From the NCBI GenBank assembly GCA_051532035.1, contig JAOPTW010000015.1:128001-192000 (forward strand): a stretch of 64,000 nt of DNA. The letters run 5' to 3'. The stretch is from Fibrobacterales bacterium. GTDB lineage: Bacteria > Fibrobacterota > Fibrobacteria > Fibrobacterales > JAOPTW01. Position 1 is the first letter of the stretch, and each line of letters opens with the position of its first letter. Below the pieces are notes generated by a model. The model was not told the origin of the DNA, did no database searches, and saw only the letters and a list, made by a program, of their open reading frames with translations. Made by a program: the position numbers and the translations under genes. This document shows, one piece after another, positions 50,915 to 59,862 of this stretch.

Positions 50915-51976
50915 TTAGGAGTTTGTCGCAGTATACTCTTTATACCACTCAATAAAACGCTGTACTCCATCTTCAACCGTAATCTTAGGTTCATAGCCAT
51001 AATTGGTCATGAGGTCGGTACAATCAGCATGAGTACTCTCTACATCACCTGGTTGAATCGGCATAAAATTTTTCTCTGCCTCGATTCCTGCCGATGTTTC
51101 GATTGCCTTAATAAAGTCCATAAGCTTAACGGGAGCATTTCGCCCGATATTATAGACCACATAGGGAGCTGTTGAGCTATTTGCTGATGGCGCCTTATTG
51201 TCCCACTCTTTATTTGGTTCTGCCGGTTTATCGATAATTTTCATAATGCCATCAACGATATCATCAATATAGGTGAAGTCGCGAGACATATGCCCATCAT
51301 TAAATACTTTGATTGGCTTACCTGCAAAAATTGCTGACGCGAAGAGTATGGGCGCCATATCTGGACGGCCCCACGGCCCATAGACCGTAAAAAAGCGAAG
51401 ACCCGTTGTGGGGATATCATAGAGATGGGCATAAGTATGCGCCATGAGCTCGTTTGATTTTTTGGTCGCCGCATAGAGCGAAACAGGATGATTTACCGCA
51501 TCGGTTGTTTTAAAAGGGAGACTTCCATTAAGGCCATAGACTGATGATGAACTCGCATAGGTCAGGTGCTTAATTTTGTTATTACGACAACATTCTAAGA
51601 TATTGAGGAATCCCACGACATTACTCTGAATATAAGCAGCAGGGTTTTCGATACTGTACCGTACTCCTGCTTGTGCAGCGAGGTTACAGACATAGTCAAA
51701 CTTCTCTTTTGTGAAGAGTACATCAAGCTCAGTTTTGTCTTCGAGGTTCATACGGACAAATGAGTAGTCTGTATTGGTAGTACTCTCAACCTTATTATGA
51801 AATTGTGCTGCACCCATTTTTTCGATACCGCACTTGTTGAGGCGTGCAAATTTGAGCTCAGGATCGTAGTAATCATTGATATTGTCGATTCCCACAACGG
51901 TAAAGCCTTTTAGAAGGAGTTGTTCTACGAGATGGAAGCCGATGAAGCCTGCTGCGCCGGTAACGAGGATTTTCAT
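50915..51976 (-). CDS. UDP-glucuronate 4-epimerase (CapI/Uge-like)
   Basis: TGAAGFIG, NLAAQAGVRYS, ASSSSVYG, YAATKK, RFFTVYGPWGRPDMA. Confidence 0.92.
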   Translation of the reverse strand: MKILVTGAAGFIGFHLVEQLLLKGFTVVGIDNINDYYDPELKFARLNKCGIEKMGAAQFHNKVESTTNTDYSFVRMNLEDKTELDVLFTKEKFDYVCNLAAQAGVRYSIENPAAYIQSNVVGFLNILECCRNNKIKHLTYASSSSVYGLNGSLPFKTTDAVNHPVSLYAATKKSNELMAHTYAHLYDIPTTGLRFFTVYGPWGRPDMAPILFASAIFAGKPIKVFNDGHMSRDFTYIDDIVDGIMKIIDKPAEPNKEWDNKAPSANSSTAPYVVYNIGRNAPVKLMDFIKAIETSAGIEAEKNFMPIQPGDVESTHADCTDLMTNYGYEPKITVEDGVQRFIEWYKEYTATNS

Positions 51977-52124
51977 AGTTTGTATGTCTTTTGCTTTTTA
52001 TTTGGGTCTTAATATAGCTTTTTTGTGGGGGTTATCACGGGGTAGGGTTTTTGTTGGGGGTTTCTTTCATATTTGGTTTTTTCTTTTCTTTCTTCATTAT
52101 TAATTTATTTCTCATTTTTATATT

Positions 52125-52282
52125 CTGGGGGCTACGCACCCCCAGACCCGCGCCAGCCTTTTTGTCAAAAGCAACAAAAAGGCTGGACAAAAAGTGCTTC
52201 TTCTTGTAAGAAGCAACAGACCTTCGGGCTATTAGTTTACCGGTCGGGATCCGACCCTCCCTACTTTGTACATCTAATTCTG
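52125..52282. repeat. Structured intergenic repeat, copy 2
   Basis: The 5' module is shared with 39045. The 3' module 52194-52282 is shared with 55131-55219. Confidence 0.88.
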
Positions 52283-52470
52283 TATTTTCGCATTTATGAG
52301 TATGCTTCTCGCTTGATTTTGTTAACTGGCTTTGCCAGTAGCACCTTCACATGGCTTGTATTTTGGGCCTTTTTTCAATTCAGCGCTATAAAGATCTCTG
52401 TGTAATATTTGCTGTTTATGACAAGGGAAGGGGAATTTTCTACTCTTTGAGCGTACTTGAGTAGGCTGGA

Positions 52471-54102
52471 GTGAGTGTTATGATTGGTAAGGTAAAAGAA
52501 CATTGGATATTGATTCTCATTGTTGTGGCTGGGATATTTTTTCGGTTTTGGGGTATTGATTGGGGGCTTCCGTTTGGGTATGATGCTGATGAGCCGTTTC
52601 AGGTTGGCCTTGCGACTTCGATGGTTATCAATGGGGATTTTAACCCTCATTGGTTTGGACACCCGGGCACTGTGGCATTTTATCTTTTAGCGCTGGTTTA
52701 CTCTATTCTCTTTAATGTTGGGTCGCTTTTGGGAGGCTTTGAGCTTGCAAGTACTTTTGCCGAAGCTACGGTTAAGTATCCACACTTTTTTCTTCTTACA
52801 GGCCGGATTACTCTCACTCTTTTTGGTATTGCTTCTATTGGGGTTGTGTATAAAATAGCACTCAAACTCTTTAATAAGCCCACTGCTCTTATGGCTGCTG
52901 CCTTTTTGGCACTCGGGCCCGTTCACACTTTTTATGGCAAGCTTATTCGCACTGATATTATCGTTACCTTTTTTCTTCTCATAGCAACCTACTGGTCTAT
53001 TCGCATTGTTGAAAGTAGGTCTCTTAAATATTATATCCTTGCAGGGGTGTTTACTGGGCTTGCCGTTGCGACTAAATATACTGGAGTGCTTATTGGAGCG
53101 CTCCCTGTTGTTGCCTTTTTATATACTGAGCCCTTTAAGGAATATCGTAAGATTGTGATTGCTGCCGGTACAGGTGTTCTGGCGACCTTTGTTGGCTCAC
53201 CCTACCTCTTTCTGGATTGGCGCACCGCTAAGTACAACCTCATTCGTGAAGCACGGCCTCGGCATGTAAGCGGGACTGGTGATGGATTTTTTAATGATCT
53301 GATCTGGTATATTCAAAACCCACTCGCTGATTCCATTACCTTAATTGGACTGGGGGCTGCGATTATTGCCCTTGTTATCTGCCTTCGTTCAAAAGACATT
53401 CGTTTAAAGCTTCTCACTGTATTTCCCATTATTTTTACGCTCTTTATATCACTCCTGAGCCTAAGGTGGGAACGATGGTTTGTACCAGCACTCCCCTTTT
53501 ATGGGATACTTGCTGCCTATGGCCTCTACTGGCTCTACTTACTTTTTGAAAAAACCAAACGAAGCTTTGCCCTCAAAACCTTCACGATTATTGTGCCTGT
53601 TGTTGTTTTTGGATCGTTGATTTTTCATAACTCCATTCAAGGAGTGCAACTGACTGGAGTTGACACCCGGGATATTGGTCGTGAGTGGATTATTAATAAC
53701 ATACCCAAGAGTGCACGTATCGCTATTGAGAAGTACACGCCGTATCTACCGAACAATAATTATCAGTTTTATTCAAATAATGAGGAGCTACGGTCGCTCT
53801 ATCTCATTCCTGATTCGAGTAAAACCTATGGAGAGAATCTTGCTCCGCCTTTTGCGCGTATTGGTAAAATCAGTGATCCTACTCAGATTGATTCACTTGG
53901 TATAGAGTATATTATTTTGAGTAACTGGTATGATCGTTACAAGGCAGAAGCTCGATTTTATCCTGAGATTGTAAGAACCTACGAGACAATCATGAAACGC
54001 TGTGAGTTAATTCATGAAATTAAGGGGGCGCCTATTGTGGAAGACTCTAGAATGTTACACGCACGACGTGGGCCTACTATTCGAATTTTTAGAGTGAACT
54101 AA
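52471..54102 (+). CDS. GT-C fold glycosyltransferase (ArnT/PMT-like, GT39/GT83)
   Basis: RFWGIDWGLP..DADEP, FNPHWFGHP, RTD, GLAVATKY, RWFVPALP. Multiple TM segments plus a soluble C-terminal domain. Confidence 0.82.
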   Translation: MSVMIGKVKEHWILILIVVAGIFFRFWGIDWGLPFGYDADEPFQVGLATSMVINGDFNPHWFGHPGTVAFYLLALVYSILFNVGSLLGGFELASTFAEATVKYPHFFLLTGRITLTLFGIASIGVVYKIALKLFNKPTALMAAAFLALGPVHTFYGKLIRTDIIVTFFLLIATYWSIRIVESRSLKYYILAGVFTGLAVATKYTGVLIGALPVVAFLYTEPFKEYRKIVIAAGTGVLATFVGSPYLFLDWRTAKYNLIREARPRHVSGTGDGFFNDLIWYIQNPLADSITLIGLGAAIIALVICLRSKDIRLKLLTVFPIIFTLFISLLSLRWERWFVPALPFYGILAAYGLYWLYLLFEKTKRSFALKTFTIIVPVVVFGSLIFHNSIQGVQLTGVDTRDIGREWIINNIPKSARIAIEKYTPYLPNNNYQFYSNNEELRSLYLIPDSSKTYGENLAPPFARIGKISDPTQIDSLGIEYIILSNWYDRYKAEARFYPEIVRTYETIMKRCELIHEIKGAPIVEDSRMLHARRGPTIRIFRVN

Positions 54103-54323
54103 AGTAATTTCTTGCTATTGTTTTAGTTATTTGATGAATCAACTCATTATACCATGCAAAACTGAAGACAGAGTTCAGAAATACATGGTACTATTGACCA
54201 CTATCTAGCAGCTTACCCTAGTCTCATTGCGGATAATCCGCAGTGTCATTGCAGATTTGTCGAAATGATCTTATACTTTCGGTAATACTTTATTCATGAC
54301 ACCTTCAAATTAAAGTTTCATTA

Positions 54324-54977
54324 ATGCTTACACCACCATCACTCAAACAAACCTCATGGCCACTCCGCATACTGATTCTATGTATTATGGTTGGTGCTAT
54401 CCTCTTTATGGTCACTACTACTGCTGGCCTCACGGTATTTTTGGTTGGTGAACACATCGCAGATACTGCAGAAGCAAGCACAGATTCAACCTTTGTTCCA
54501 CAAGAGGGCGATATTATCGTTTCATTTGCGGGCAATATTTTGCGTCATTGGTATGCTGAAACACTGTATAAACAATCGGGATGTCACTGGGTGATCAGTG
54601 ACCCACGGGATACGATTTATAAGTACGTAAAACATGACGTGCCGGACTCTACTACCATGACTCCGGTTTACAGTGGGGTTTCGACCTATACTGAAATTAT
54701 GGGAATTGACTCGGCTCTTGCCACTTTTGTTGAAGTCCGAAAAGAACGGTATCCTGATCAGCGTATTATTTTCATTAGTTCACCGAGTCATCTTGCCCGT
54801 ATCAAACTTATGGCTGAGCGGCATATTGATGTTGACGATACGGAGTTTCTTTATCTTGGATTGCATCAGGGGTATATGGCATTTACTCCTGAGTATTATC
54901 ATTATTGGTGGCGGCAGTGGCTGCTCAGAGGGGAATTGAAGAAGTACTTGGGTTACTGGGTTCTTTATTGGTTTTAG
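54324..54977 (+). CDS. YdcF/ElyC (DUF218)-like protein
   Basis: N-terminal TM segment, STYTE, IIFISSPSHLARI, C-terminal ELKKYLGYW. Confidence 0.6.
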   Translation: MLTPPSLKQTSWPLRILILCIMVGAILFMVTTTAGLTVFLVGEHIADTAEASTDSTFVPQEGDIIVSFAGNILRHWYAETLYKQSGCHWVISDPRDTIYKYVKHDVPDSTTMTPVYSGVSTYTEIMGIDSALATFVEVRKERYPDQRIIFISSPSHLARIKLMAERHIDVDDTEFLYLGLHQGYMAFTPEYYHYWWRQWLLRGELKKYLGYWVLYWF

Positions 54978-55049
54978 GTTTTTCTTTTTTCTCTTACATT
55001 ACTTTTTCTGTTTCATAGTCCAACATGAATATTTTCTTTTTATATAGAT

Positions 55050-55219
55050 CTCGAGGGCTTTGCCCTCAAACTCCCACCTAAGGATAGCCTGCGGCAGCTA
55101 CCCTTAGGAATCCCGTGCCGCTCTTGCACAGTGCCTCTTCTTGTAAGAAGCAACAGACCTTCGGACTATTAATTTACCGGTCGGGATCAAACCCTCCCTG
55201 CAATGTACATCTGATTTTG
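55050..55219. repeat. Structured intergenic repeat, copy 3 (alternative 5' module)
   Basis: GAGGGC-ttt-GCCCTC-AAAC, then a CCTAAGG..CCTTAGG hairpin, then an 89 bp module with about 10 mismatches to copy 2. Confidence 0.85.
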
Positions 55220-55332
55220 AGATTATTTATGTTTCAAAAAATGTAAATCCATTATACCAATGACATCTAACTAGAAACTTACGACCATTTATTCATCAAA
55301 AAATGGTTTTATGTTGTTCTATTCAGGTCACT

Positions 55333-57033
55333 TTATTCAAACACTGGATAAGCCCAGTCGACCATTGCACAAGTATCGCAAGACATGTTCTCTGTTACGA
55401 GGATTAGTGAATCATAGCCATCAACGGAAATAGAGAGCTCTTGGTGCGCCCCTGCCCCTGAGAGTAGCTCTGATTGCCAAAGTTGCGTTGTGTCGCCATA
55501 TACTCGAATGATTCCCTTAGGCTCATTACTCGAGTCATCAAAACCGACTTTCGCAGTAAAACGCGTTGTACCTTGAGGAATTTGTACGACAGCCCGCCCT
55601 GAAGCTATTGTTCCGAGACCATAGAGGTGAATTTTACCATCCATGCGGAGGGTTCCTCTTTTTGCATGATGATTCACTTTTAATGAATCGATAGGACCAG
55701 TGTAGCTTACAGGAAGCTCCGAGAGATAGATGCCATTTTCTGGTAGGTCATGGTGAGCAACTCTATTCATGGTCACCTTGTACCCAACTGCTGCAAGCAT
55801 GATGAATACAATAAGGAGTAGCGCCTCTGGCACCAAGTCAAAACGAGCAATACCTTTACGATAGAGCTGTAGTGCTTTTTCGTTAAGCGATGGTATAAAT
55901 ACTGCTACAGCCAACACCACAAAGAGTAGTACCGAAACTAGTGAGAGCATCGGCCAAAATTTATCACCCGAAACAGGGAGTACTAAGAGAATATTGAGGA
56001 AGGTAACTACCGTTGCTACAATATAGAGAGGGATTACTTTGCGATTATGGATACTCCACACTAACAGAACGGGTACCGCTGCAAAAAGATAGCGTTCATG
56101 CATTTGAGTGAGAGTGGTAAAAAAGGCAAACGGGAGAAAGCTCGCCATAACCAGCAATTCAACTTTAGATTTTGAAAGAAGGGTTTTAACAAAAACCCCA
56201 AGGCTGAATAGCGTAAAAGTGAGCATCCCAAAATGTTTGGCCGAAAGCCCGGGAAGTACCTCAACAGAGTCAAGAACAATGTTCCCTTTGAAAAGCATCC
56301 AGAAGTTTGCCGCATTAAGGGTTACATAAGGGAACAGGCTGGTGTTGCCCAAAAAGGCGTGGTTGATCATCTGATCGAGGCTGCTGGTGACTAAGTACGG
56401 CAACAAGAGAAGCCCCACTACAGGAATTGTATAGAGCAAGCCAATACTATAGGATTTGATCTCTTTGAAAAAGAGCGCACCAAAGAGAGGGAGAAAAAGA
56501 ATCATCTGAAATTTTGTGAGAAGGGCCGCAAAAAACAACGTTGGAACCCATTTGAGATGAATTTTTTCGACAGAGCAGATAAGGGCCCCAACAATAAGGA
56601 CCATTGGAAGAAGGTCGACCTGAGCCCAAATGGGACCATTAAGCAGAAAGGCGGGGTTTACTGCAGTAACAATAAGAAGGATGTTTTTTGCAGAGGTATT
56701 CAGGGAGTATCTGTCACTATACCACCAGACAAGCCTGAGGAGCCCTAAATGAGCCACAATGCCTGGGAGGATGATAAAAAGCTTGAAAAAGAAACTCACC
56801 TCAATTGGCGTACCAGTCAGTGCATAGAGCTTACCCACAAGCCAGAGCCAGTGTACATAGATGGGCGGATAGTTGCCTGTGAACCCATCATACCCATACA
56901 GAGCTAAGTGATCTGCCCAGCGGCGAAAACAATCCATATCAGCCCAGAATCCATCGGTAAAGAGGAGAAGAATACTCACACATACGGTGAGAAGTAGGAT
57001 GGTTGATCTATGAATAGGTGTTGAGTTGTTCAT
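55333..57033 (-). CDS. GT-C membrane glycosyltransferase (GT87/Gpi18-like) fused to a C-terminal NPCBM/NEW2 domain
   Basis: DMDCFRRWA, NYPPIY, WAQVD, KFQ, NAANFW, MHERYLF. NPCBM motifs YLSEL..GLGT..RFTAKVGFDD..VYGD..VDWA. Confidence 0.8.
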   Translation of the reverse strand: MNNSTPIHRSTILLLTVCVSILLLFTDGFWADMDCFRRWADHLALYGYDGFTGNYPPIYVHWLWLVGKLYALTGTPIEVSFFFKLFIILPGIVAHLGLLRLVWWYSDRYSLNTSAKNILLIVTAVNPAFLLNGPIWAQVDLLPMVLIVGALICSVEKIHLKWVPTLFFAALLTKFQMILFLPLFGALFFKEIKSYSIGLLYTIPVVGLLLLPYLVTSSLDQMINHAFLGNTSLFPYVTLNAANFWMLFKGNIVLDSVEVLPGLSAKHFGMLTFTLFSLGVFVKTLLSKSKVELLVMASFLPFAFFTTLTQMHERYLFAAVPVLLVWSIHNRKVIPLYIVATVVTFLNILLVLPVSGDKFWPMLSLVSVLLFVVLAVAVFIPSLNEKALQLYRKGIARFDLVPEALLLIVFIMLAAVGYKVTMNRVAHHDLPENGIYLSELPVSYTGPIDSLKVNHHAKRGTLRMDGKIHLYGLGTIASGRAVVQIPQGTTRFTAKVGFDDSSNEPKGIIRVYGDTTQLWQSELLSGAGAHQELSISVDGYDSLILVTENMSCDTCAMVDWAYPVFE

Positions 57034-57107
57034 TAAGGTCTCAATCGCTGGGTATTGGTTACAAATGTAGTTTGTGATATAGAATTATCACAGAACTTGC
57101 AAAACAT

Positions 57108-57138
57108 CAAAGGTACTATTACAGATTAATACTACAAA
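57108..57138 (-). promoter_or_regulatory. Putative promoter TTTG-N19-TACCTTTG
   Basis: Exact Bacteroidetes-type consensus and spacing. A second TACATTTG lies at 57062-57069. Confidence 0.55.
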
Positions 57139-57165
57139 AAGCAATACTATTTATCCCTATCACCC

Positions 57166-57630
57166 CTAATCTAAGGGCACTTTAACTTCCCAATATCCAT
57201 TTTTTCGACCACCAACTCTTTCTAAAACACCACTTGTTCGTAATTTTTTAAGATGATAATTAACACCATCTTCTGTCAAATCAAGGTATTGAGCCATTTC
57301 TGATATGGTTACATTTTGATTTAACTTTAACCACTCAAGTAAATCGGCCGTCTTTCCTGTAGTCTTTCCTGTAGTCTTTCCTGTAATGACTACTGACTGG
57401 GCATTAAAATTTACCCATAATCCATCTTCATCTGCTTTTATTTCAGCCTCAGAAATACCAAAACCCCTACAACTACTTTGAATTTTCTCTATTCCTCTGC
57501 CCCATAATTCAATAAGGCCAGCTCTAAAAAGCGTATTTGCAATATTAGGGTTAAAGGGCTGAGAAGCGTGCTTAGAAAGAAGGCCCTGGAGAGTCCACCC
57601 CGCATGTAGCTGCCCATTATTCCAAATCAA
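57166..57630 (-). pseudogene. 5'-truncated AlbA_2/HATPase_c_4/HTH ('RecG-like') regulator fragment
   Basis: IWNNGQL..SQPFNPNIANTLFRAGLIELWGRGIEKI plus C-terminal HTH and RVGGRKNGYW. An in-frame TGA lies a few codons upstream and the N-terminal domain is missing. (GTCTTTCCTGTA)x3 at 57350-57385. Confidence 0.75.
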
Positions 57631-57839
57631 TACTTGTTCATTATTTGATTTTGTTCAGGAAAATGTGAACATAATGAAAATCATCAACGAAGGTATTACA
57701 GATTAAAAACATAAATGCCCAAAGAACACCCTTCAGATATTTATCTTCTAGTGAATTGCCACAGCCGGGAAGTCCAAAAAGAACAACATACTTTAACTAA
57801 CTAATTACCCTCTACAACAAACTGTTATAAGAAAAAGCA

Positions 57840-59801
57840 TTATTCAAACAGGTCAACAACACCATTACTTGAACGATAATAGTAATGTGGATGGGCCGGA
57901 GAAGACATTTTCAAATAGCCCCTAATGGAAGAGTCTGAGTCAAATACTCCTATTCTAATCCCATGGATAGAAAATATTGTAAGAGGATATTGTATCGACT
58001 TTTCCTTAATTTTAAAAAATGACGACGTTTTTATCGAGTCACTATCATCACCTAAACCGTCATTTATCAGAATATTACCCTCAAGAGTGTCACCCTGTTT
58101 TTCATTAGAAAAATCAATGATGCTATCCAAGTTTACATCAAAAAAAGCAGAAGGTAACATTCCTTCTACACTTGGAATTCCAGCCCCAGAACAAGGTAAG
58201 GAGTCACCTACCACCCCCCAATCAAATATTCTTTTGTCACCAAATAAATGTACTGGATCAATGTATACCGAACTGGAATCAAATACTGTAGCTAACTGAA
58301 ATTCATCTAAATTATTATAGTTAACACCATCTCTAATAAAATAATGTTTTGCATTTGAGAAGTAACAATTTGAATCTGATGTTGTATTGGGGAATTCATA
58401 GTTACCAATAATAAACTGATTTTCTCCTTCAGCAATCACAACATTCTTATTGAAATTGACACTACCAGTTTTTAATGAATCTGAAAACCTCAAACCTACA
58501 GGGCCATGGGAATGCAATCCTGCAGTATAAGTCATTTGCTTATTGAGCACCCATATATTTTCATAAATATTAATCGGCAAATTACTTGTTACATGTGCGC
58601 CACCCATTCCGCTGTTTTCATGGCTACCGCTATAAAAAATATTATTATGAATTGTTAAATCACCACCATGGAACGCCCCAAACCCACCAGCATTATACAC
58701 AACATTATATCTTACCGTATCACCGTAATTTTCTCGCGGATCATAAAAATGGCACCCTTTACTATCATGAGCAAAGTTATATTCAATAACTGTATTCAAA
58801 CAGTTTTCATATCCTGTAAGACACTTATCCCCTGTAGGCTCTACACCAAAAGGCTTGTATGCAACCCCAGACAAATCATTCCCTCGTACTATTAGTCCAT
58901 CTGAATACAAGGAATAAATTGCATTATTCCCTGTATTTGAAATAGTATTATTTTCTATAGTAATATCGTTAACTGATGCATCGACTTTCCAATTATGCTG
59001 CCCCCCTGCGACTTTGATTCCAATCCCCAAAATTTTCTCTATGGTATTATTTCTAAGAATAATATCATGAGACCCCTCTACAAAAGCCCCATCCATACCT
59101 CCCGTAAGGTGAAAACCATCTATAACAACATATTGACAATAACGCATACTCAATGAATTGGTAAAAAACTGATATTCTGGATACTTCGGTACTTCCCCAT
59201 CAATCGTTTTAACATAAATTTTATCAGTGTAACCCATTGGGCCAAACACATTTTTGCCTACAATAACTTCTTCCACAAACGTCCTCTCTCCTTCTAGAGA
59301 GTCAATTTCGTAAATACCTAAATATTTGCCAGCCAAATCAAACTTCCCTAATCCTAGCGTAGGCAAGAAACTAGAGTCGTGAATACCTTTTAATACTGAA
59401 TTATTTAACCCAATATCTGCACTGTATACACCTGGAGTATTTACAGAATCAAAAGGAACCCATGGCAAATCTTTAAACCCCCCATTTATACTTGGTCCTT
59501 CAATAGTTGTGCTATATCGTGAAAATACTATTGGATTTCCTGGCTCACCGTTAACATATTGAATATGGAGCATTCTCCCATGCCATTCATCCCCTGCATA
59601 AAAAAGTATTGAGTCGCCAGGCTGTAAAACTTTACTTTGAATAACATAGTTAACACGATCTATCGATTGCCATGGGCGATTTTCAGAAAGGCCATCATTA
59701 AAATCATGGCCTTTTGAGGATGAAACAAAATACGTTGCAGCATGAAGATTAACAACAATCAATAGAAAGGAATATTTTAACAACAATTTGAGAAAACACA
59801 T
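57840..59801 (-). CDS. Secreted right-handed parallel beta-helix protein (paralog B)
   Basis: Signal peptide, YFVSSSKGHDFNDGLS..PW, PGDSILF, repeated 'IENNTI/VRGNDL/IHNNIF' rungs. Confidence 0.8.
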   Translation of the reverse strand: MCFLKLLLKYSFLLIVVNLHAATYFVSSSKGHDFNDGLSENRPWQSIDRVNYVIQSKVLQPGDSILFYAGDEWHGRMLHIQYVNGEPGNPIVFSRYSTTIEGPSINGGFKDLPWVPFDSVNTPGVYSADIGLNNSVLKGIHDSSFLPTLGLGKFDLAGKYLGIYEIDSLEGERTFVEEVIVGKNVFGPMGYTDKIYVKTIDGEVPKYPEYQFFTNSLSMRYCQYVVIDGFHLTGGMDGAFVEGSHDIILRNNTIEKILGIGIKVAGGQHNWKVDASVNDITIENNTISNTGNNAIYSLYSDGLIVRGNDLSGVAYKPFGVEPTGDKCLTGYENCLNTVIEYNFAHDSKGCHFYDPRENYGDTVRYNVVYNAGGFGAFHGGDLTIHNNIFYSGSHENSGMGGAHVTSNLPINIYENIWVLNKQMTYTAGLHSHGPVGLRFSDSLKTGSVNFNKNVVIAEGENQFIIGNYEFPNTTSDSNCYFSNAKHYFIRDGVNYNNLDEFQLATVFDSSSVYIDPVHLFGDKRIFDWGVVGDSLPCSGAGIPSVEGMLPSAFFDVNLDSIIDFSNEKQGDTLEGNILINDGLGDDSDSIKTSSFFKIKEKSIQYPLTIFSIHGIRIGVFDSDSSIRGYLKMSSPAHPHYYYRSSNGVVDLFE

Positions 59802-59862
59802 AATTTGAGGGTCCTAAAGAGGGGCACCCTAAAATTAAGTTATTAAATCAAATAATTCACAC

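Noticed and set aside
57631..57839. Possible small ORFs or toxin-antitoxin remnant next to the truncated regulator
   Set aside because: Only very short frames with no recognisable motif.
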